Source: an archaeon (GTDB lineage Archaea; Iainarchaeota; Iainarchaeia; Iainarchaeales; CSSED10-239). Taken from it: 9,834 nucleotides of DNA. The stretch is from assembly GCA_037147375.1 (NCBI GenBank), contig JBAWVI010000032.1, forward strand, positions 1-9,834, in the 5' to 3' direction. The translations under genes were made by a program, and so were the position numbers. This document shows, in pieces, positions 6,239 to 9,834 of the stretch (position 1 is the first letter of the stretch; each line of letters begins with the position of its first letter). The notes beneath the pieces were generated by a model. That model did not search any database, was not told the DNA's origin, and saw nothing but the letters and a program-made list of their open reading frames with translations.

Positions 6239-6732
6239 AAACCCACTCTCTCATTTATATTTTTTATATCTTCAGATGTATATCTACCATTCTCAATTAA
6301 CAAAGCTAATGCGAATCTTGCCTTGTCAATAGAAATAAATTTTCCAATAATCAATTCTTCTAAAATCATTAAGGCTGTGTGTATTCTAACATTTAATTTA
6401 TGACACACAATAATTCCATCTCTATCATCAATCAAGAGATCTATACTCTTTTCTTTTGCAAGTGTAATTGCATATAGTTCTCCAGCATCTAAACTATACA
6501 AGAATTTAATTTGAGAAACATTAATATCTTGTGGATCTTCAATTTTTATTTTGTTCAGATTTATTAGTTGCTCAATATAATATGCATCTTGCTTGTTTTT
6601 TTCCTTGCCTTTCATTATTTCATCATAAACAATAGTTGGAACTATTATATCAGTTAATTCTAATAAATCATCAAGAATGTTTGCTTTTGCGAGAAGTATT
6701 AAAGAGGATGCATCTCCAACAATTAATTTCAT
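6235..6732 (-). CDS. PIN-domain protein of the COG2405 / DUF3368 type (putative toxin ribonuclease)
   Basis: MKLIVGDASSLILLAKANILDDLLEL..IIVPTIVYDEI (first acidic residue plus the typical hhVP..V..E block), SLDAGELYAITLAKEK and DLLIDDRDG supply the PIN acidic residues. The C-terminal HTALMILEELIIGKFISIDKA...LIENGRYTS matches the DUF3368-like tail. ATG at 6730-6732. Confidence 0.8.
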   Translation of the reverse strand: MKLIVGDASSLILLAKANILDDLLELTDIIVPTIVYDEIMKGKEKNKQDAYYIEQLINLNKIKIEDPQDINVSQIKFLYSLDAGELYAITLAKEKSIDLLIDDRDGIIVCHKLNVRIHTALMILEELIIGKFISIDKARFALALLIENGRYTSEDIKNINERVGL

Positions 6733-6752
6733 AGATATATAATAAATAGAAA

Positions 6753-6792
6753 TAAATATAAATGTAACACATTTTAGTGTTTTGTGTTACAT
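6753..6792 (-). promoter_or_regulatory. 9-bp inverted repeat ATGTAACAC / GTGTTACAT (6762-6770 / 6784-6792) abutting a TATA-like box; candidate TA operator and terminator of the upstream rtcB-prs unit
   Basis: The arms are exact reverse complements with a 13-nt spacer. On the minus strand the hairpin is followed directly by TTATATTTATTT, whose centre at about 6757 is 25 nt upstream of the PIN ATG 6732. It lies 15-45 nt downstream of the prs stop (6807). Confidence 0.45.
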
Positions 6793-6806
6793 AAAGTTTA
6801 TTCAAG

Positions 6807-7853
6807 TTATTTTGAATCACAATCTTTCTTTCTTGTGTCTGTTAGAAGTTTACTTATTGATTTAGATGTATGCATGTTAAATATAACTTTTGCAAAATAA
6901 TCGTCAACAGAAACAGAAGCAAACCAAGGATGTGTTTCTACAAAATTTGGTTCATGATAAACAGCATCAGTTCCAATTATTTTTTCAAGAAACTTATTAT
7001 TATAAAGCTCATCCATTCTTGCACAAGCCTTACCATTAAAGAAAGGAAGAGAACAAGCAAAGTAGATCTTGTTTGCACCCTTTTCTTTTAATATTTTTAC
7101 AGAATTATAAACAGTTCCACCTGTGTCTATCATATCATCAACAAGCAGAACATCTTTTCCTTTAACATCTCCAATAACTTCCATCTTATCTATGCAATCT
7201 ACTTTTTCATAACTTCTTTCTTTATAGATTGTAATTAAATTTCTTTTAAGTTCAGTTGCAAAGAGAGTTGCTCTTTTAATTCCTCCAACATCAGGACTTG
7301 AAATTACTAAATTAGGAGAATCTATATTTTCTAGAATGTATTTATATAAATCTCTAAAGCCCTTTAAGTTTTCAACAACACACTTATCAAAGAAACCAAC
7401 AATTGCTAGATTATGAATATCAAGAGTAATTATTGTATTTGCTCCACAAAGTTCTAGCTCACGAGCAAACATCTTAGCTGTTATTCCTTCTCTACCCCAA
7501 ACTTTGTCTTGTCTTGCATATGGAAAAGCTGGAAGAATTAAATTTATTCTTGAAGCATCAGCAATTCTTGCTGAAGCAATTAATGTTTTTAAAGCAACTA
7601 CGTTATCATTTATTGAAAGTCCACTGGATCTGTTTGATACATCACAAACTATGAACACATCATGTCCTCTTATTGATTCAAGGATATTTGATTTGATTTC
7701 TGTGTTTTCAAACATAGTTTCTGTTGTTTCAGTTAACTTGATTGGCTTCATTCCATTCATCATTAAGTTTTCATTTAAATGTGGAAGAATTAGATCCGCA
7801 AAAAACTTTCCAGAAGATGTTGCCATTAAACTTATTCCAACTCCATATGCCAT
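6807..7853 (-). CDS. prs: Ribose-phosphate pyrophosphokinase (PRPP synthetase)
   Basis: ESIRGHDVFIV, LPAFPYARQDK (the PYARQD motif), ITLDIHN, ISSPDVGG and the PRPP/ribose-5-P loop LLVDDMIDTGGT occur in canonical order. The ORF-track start 7859 is a TTG. The first ATG is at 7853 (MAYGVGISLMATSSGKFF...), preceded by AAGGAAAGTGATTGATT, a partial SD. Another ATG at 7826 is possible. It begins 26 nt after the rtcB stop. Confidence 0.85.
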   Translation of the reverse strand: MAYGVGISLMATSSGKFFADLILPHLNENLMMNGMKPIKLTETTETMFENTEIKSNILESIRGHDVFIVCDVSNRSSGLSINDNVVALKTLIASARIADASRINLILPAFPYARQDKVWGREGITAKMFARELELCGANTIITLDIHNLAIVGFFDKCVVENLKGFRDLYKYILENIDSPNLVISSPDVGGIKRATLFATELKRNLITIYKERSYEKVDCIDKMEVIGDVKGKDVLLVDDMIDTGGTVYNSVKILKEKGANKIYFACSLPFFNGKACARMDELYNNKFLEKIIGTDAVYHEPNFVETHPWFASVSVDDYFAKVIFNMHTSKSISKLLTDTRKKDCDSK

Positions 7854-7879
7854 AATCAATCACTTTCCTTTTTTATTTT

Positions 7880-9217
7880 TTATCCAGTTAACACAATTAT
7901 TGGTTTGAATGAAACTATTTTCTTTGCAAGATTTGCTTTTTCTATTATTGAAATAATGTCTTTTGAAGATTTGTATGCATTTGGTTGTTCTTCTCTCATT
8001 ACGTTTTCACTTCTTCCACCAAGAAGAACCCCTTTATCAAGCATGAACTTTTTTAAATCATTAATAGTTATCTTTTCTTTTGCTATGCTTCTTGATAAAC
8101 TTCTGCCCATTCCGTGAGGAAATGTGTTTAATGTTTTTTCTGTTCCTTTTGCAGGAAGCAATAAATAAGAATAATCAAGCATTGAACCTGGTAAGATAAT
8201 TGGTTTGTTTTTAGTTGCAAGAGTTGCACCTTTTCTGTGAACAACATATTCCTTTCCTTTAATGGTCTCAAGAGTTACTATGTTGTGACAAAGGTCGTAA
8301 ACAAGATCGAACTTAGGTTTCAAGTGTCCAACAAATATAACAGAAAATACATCTTGTATTTTTTTTGAAAGAATCTCACGATTAACGAATGCAAAGTTCC
8401 CTGCTGCTTGCATTCCTTTAAAATAATTTTGACCAAGTTTTGAATTAAATTTTGTGTAAGTAAATGGAGCTTTGTTTTCACAAAGCTTATTATAATCATC
8501 TGCAACCTTATGGCCAAGCCCACGAGAACCAGTGTGGATTAAAATAACTACTTGATCCTTCTTCAATTTATATTTTGTAGCAAGAGATTTACTAAACACT
8601 TCAGAAACAACAAGCACATCAATGAAATGATTTCCTTCCCCAAGAGTTCCAAGCTCTACAAGCCCAAGTTCTTTTGCTTCTTTTGAAACACAAGCTGAGT
8701 CTGCACCTTTATAACATCCATTATTTTCTATATTCTTTACTCGTTCTTTAGAACAAATCTTTTTTGAAACGCACCAATTAATACCTGTATTTAAAATATC
8801 ATCTAAATCCTTTTTAGTTATCTTCATTCCGTTTTTTGATAAGCCTAAAGGAAGCTTAGTTAGTTCTTTTTGCAAGAGAAGAAGTTGCTCTTTTGAAATA
8901 TCTTTTGCAAATAGATTAGTTTTAATTAATCTAACTCCACAATTTACATCATAACCAATTGCAGATGGAGAAATAATTCCATTCTTGCTTGAACTTAAAA
9001 AAACAGTTCCTATAGGAACAGAGAACCCAGGATGAATATCAGCTTGAGCAATAATTGGAGATTCAACTTCTTTAATTAAAGAAATTGATTCAAGTTGTTC
9101 AAGAGCAGAAATTGGGATTTTAGAAAAAATAGTTTTGCTAGCAAGAATTTTAATTTCTTTATTATTAATATTTTTAATAAAGAAAGAACCAGATGCATCT
9201 TGCTTATAATTAGACAT
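7880..9217 (-). CDS. rtcB: RNA-splicing ligase RtcB (3'-phosphate/5'-hydroxyl RNA ligase)
   Basis: All RtcB metal and nucleotidyl-site motifs are present in order: GYDVNCG (Asp/Cys), GEGNHF, HTGSRGLGH, LCHNIV, HRKGAT, PGSM, and FPHGMGR (the guanylylated His position). 445 aa, ATG at 9215-9217, no intein-like insertion. Confidence 0.9.
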   Translation of the reverse strand: MSNYKQDASGSFFIKNINNKEIKILASKTIFSKIPISALEQLESISLIKEVESPIIAQADIHPGFSVPIGTVFLSSSKNGIISPSAIGYDVNCGVRLIKTNLFAKDISKEQLLLLQKELTKLPLGLSKNGMKITKKDLDDILNTGINWCVSKKICSKERVKNIENNGCYKGADSACVSKEAKELGLVELGTLGEGNHFIDVLVVSEVFSKSLATKYKLKKDQVVILIHTGSRGLGHKVADDYNKLCENKAPFTYTKFNSKLGQNYFKGMQAAGNFAFVNREILSKKIQDVFSVIFVGHLKPKFDLVYDLCHNIVTLETIKGKEYVVHRKGATLATKNKPIILPGSMLDYSYLLLPAKGTEKTLNTFPHGMGRSLSRSIAKEKITINDLKKFMLDKGVLLGGRSENVMREEQPNAYKSSKDIISIIEKANLAKKIVSFKPIIVLTG

Positions 9218-9237
9218 ACATATATTACATTAGAAAA

Positions 9238-9246
9238 TTATAAAAA
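9238..9246 (-). promoter_or_regulatory. TATA-like box (minus strand TTTTTATAA) for rtcB
   Basis: The centre at about 9242 is 25 nt upstream of ATG 9217. It lies in the 60-nt spacer between the FGE-domain gene stop (9278) and rtcB. Confidence 0.45.
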
Positions 9247-9277
9247 GGGAATTGGTTAATAAACCTCTTTTGTGTAT

Positions 9278-9834
9278 TTAAGGAACATATACACAACGAA
9301 ATCCTCTTGCTGCACTTGCTCCTCCAGCAGGAGTATTACCTAGATTCATAGCTAAAATTCCAACCCCAGCACCACTTGGCCAATAACCACCACGCAAGAA
9401 CGCATATGTGGTTGTGTCTGAATCAGCAGTATTACTATAAGTATATATTCTACCAAGTCCATTAGTATTTGCTTGATAACTACAACTTGTAAGTAAAAAT
9501 AAATCATTATATTTTAAGGTTGTGTTTCCTAAGTCATTACAATTTAAATAATAACTTACGCCCCCTCCTTTATAATAATCTACCCCATTCCATCCTCCAG
9601 TATAAGCGCTATCATCAGAGTTATTAAATCCATCTGGCTCATTCTTTCTTTGAATAGTGTCACTGGTCCATTCCCAAACATTTCCTGCTAAATCCCAAAC
9701 AACTTCTCTATTTGTTAAGGTTAACGTTCTTCTTTGATTACCTGATGTTTGGCCTGTAGTATAATAACTATCATCATCTGTTGATGCAGAAAGTGCAGTT
9801 GCAGGAGAATTATCGTTATGTCCAGAATAAATAT
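9278..9834 (-). CDS. FGE-sulfatase (SUMF1/formylglycine-generating-enzyme-like) domain protein, C-terminal 184 aa (partial; start lies beyond the right edge)
   Basis: Absent from the ORF track because it has no start in the window. The reverse-strand frame is open from 9832 down to the TAA at 9278-9280 (185 codons including the stop, checked by hand). It contains the family signatures DLAGNVWEWT, FLRGGYW and the C-terminal ARGFRCVYVP. Confidence 0.8.
   Translation of the reverse strand, partial: IYSGHNDNSPATALSASTDDDSYYTTGQTSGNQRRTLTLTNREVVWDLAGNVWEWTSDTIQRKNEPDGFNNSDDSAYTGGWNGVDYYKGGGVSYYLNCNDLGNTTLKYNDLFLLTSCSYQANTNGLGRIYTYSNTADSDTTTYAFLRGGYWPSGAGVGILAMNLGNTPAGGASAARGFRCVYVP

Noticed and set aside
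5829-6332. 167-aa plus-strand ORF overlapping the antitoxin gene and the PIN 3' end (also 5270-5548 minus and 5454-5642 plus inside endoQ)
   Set aside because: These are antisense or alternative-frame shadows of genes with clear family motifs. The S/L/F/C-rich translations have no domain signatures. The length of the 167-aa ORF is explained by the stop-poor antisense of a Lys/Glu-rich gene.
6870-8523. ORFs 6870-7091 plus, 7504-7908 plus, 7905-8117 plus and 8320-8523 minus
   Set aside because: They lie inside prs or rtcB on the opposite strand or in another frame. They have no motifs and are shadow ORFs.
1-9834. Scan for CRISPR arrays, rRNA, transposase or integrase genes, self-cleaving ribozyme cores (hammerhead CUGANGA...GAAA) and inteins in rtcB
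   Set aside because: I found no regularly spaced repeats, no rRNA-like conserved blocks, no recombinase motifs in any long ORF and no ribozyme core. RtcB is contiguous with all motifs at normal spacing.

Overview
Low-GC (about 30% G+C by eye), gene-dense segment that looks archaeal. The evidence is a Methanococcales-type S-layer N-terminus, an endonuclease Q homologue, and TATA-like boxes centred 24-29 nt upstream of most start codons, which suggests leaderless mRNAs. I support 10 protein genes, 8 of them on the minus strand. Left to right: a partial S-layer/surface protein (runs off the left edge, absent from the ORF track); a 676-nt noncoding gap; a COG1373-type AAA ATPase (AAA_14 + DUF4143); an orphan 226-aa protein with a winged-helix-like N-terminus; a BofA-like small membrane protein followed by endonuclease Q (plus strand); a toxin-first PIN (COG2405/DUF3368-like) plus RHH/UPF0175 antitoxin pair; an rtcB-prs unit (prs = ribose-phosphate pyrophosphokinase, transcribed after the RNA ligase gene rtcB); and a partial FGE-sulfatase (SUMF1-type) domain protein (runs off the right edge, absent from the ORF track). 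I found no rRNA, tRNA, CRISPR array, transposase or integrase. Most of the window is ordinary housekeeping content, and I see no clear large novel system. The items most worth a second look are the unusually arranged TA cassette with an inverted repeat on its promoter, the 676-nt noncoding gap with candidate structured RNA(s), and a perfect 16-nt direct repeat plus 12-nt palindrome over the ATPase promoter. Three ORF-track starts (3205, 4160, 7859) are TTG codons, and I moved them to the first ATG. All family assignments come from motif recognition by eye, not from database searches.
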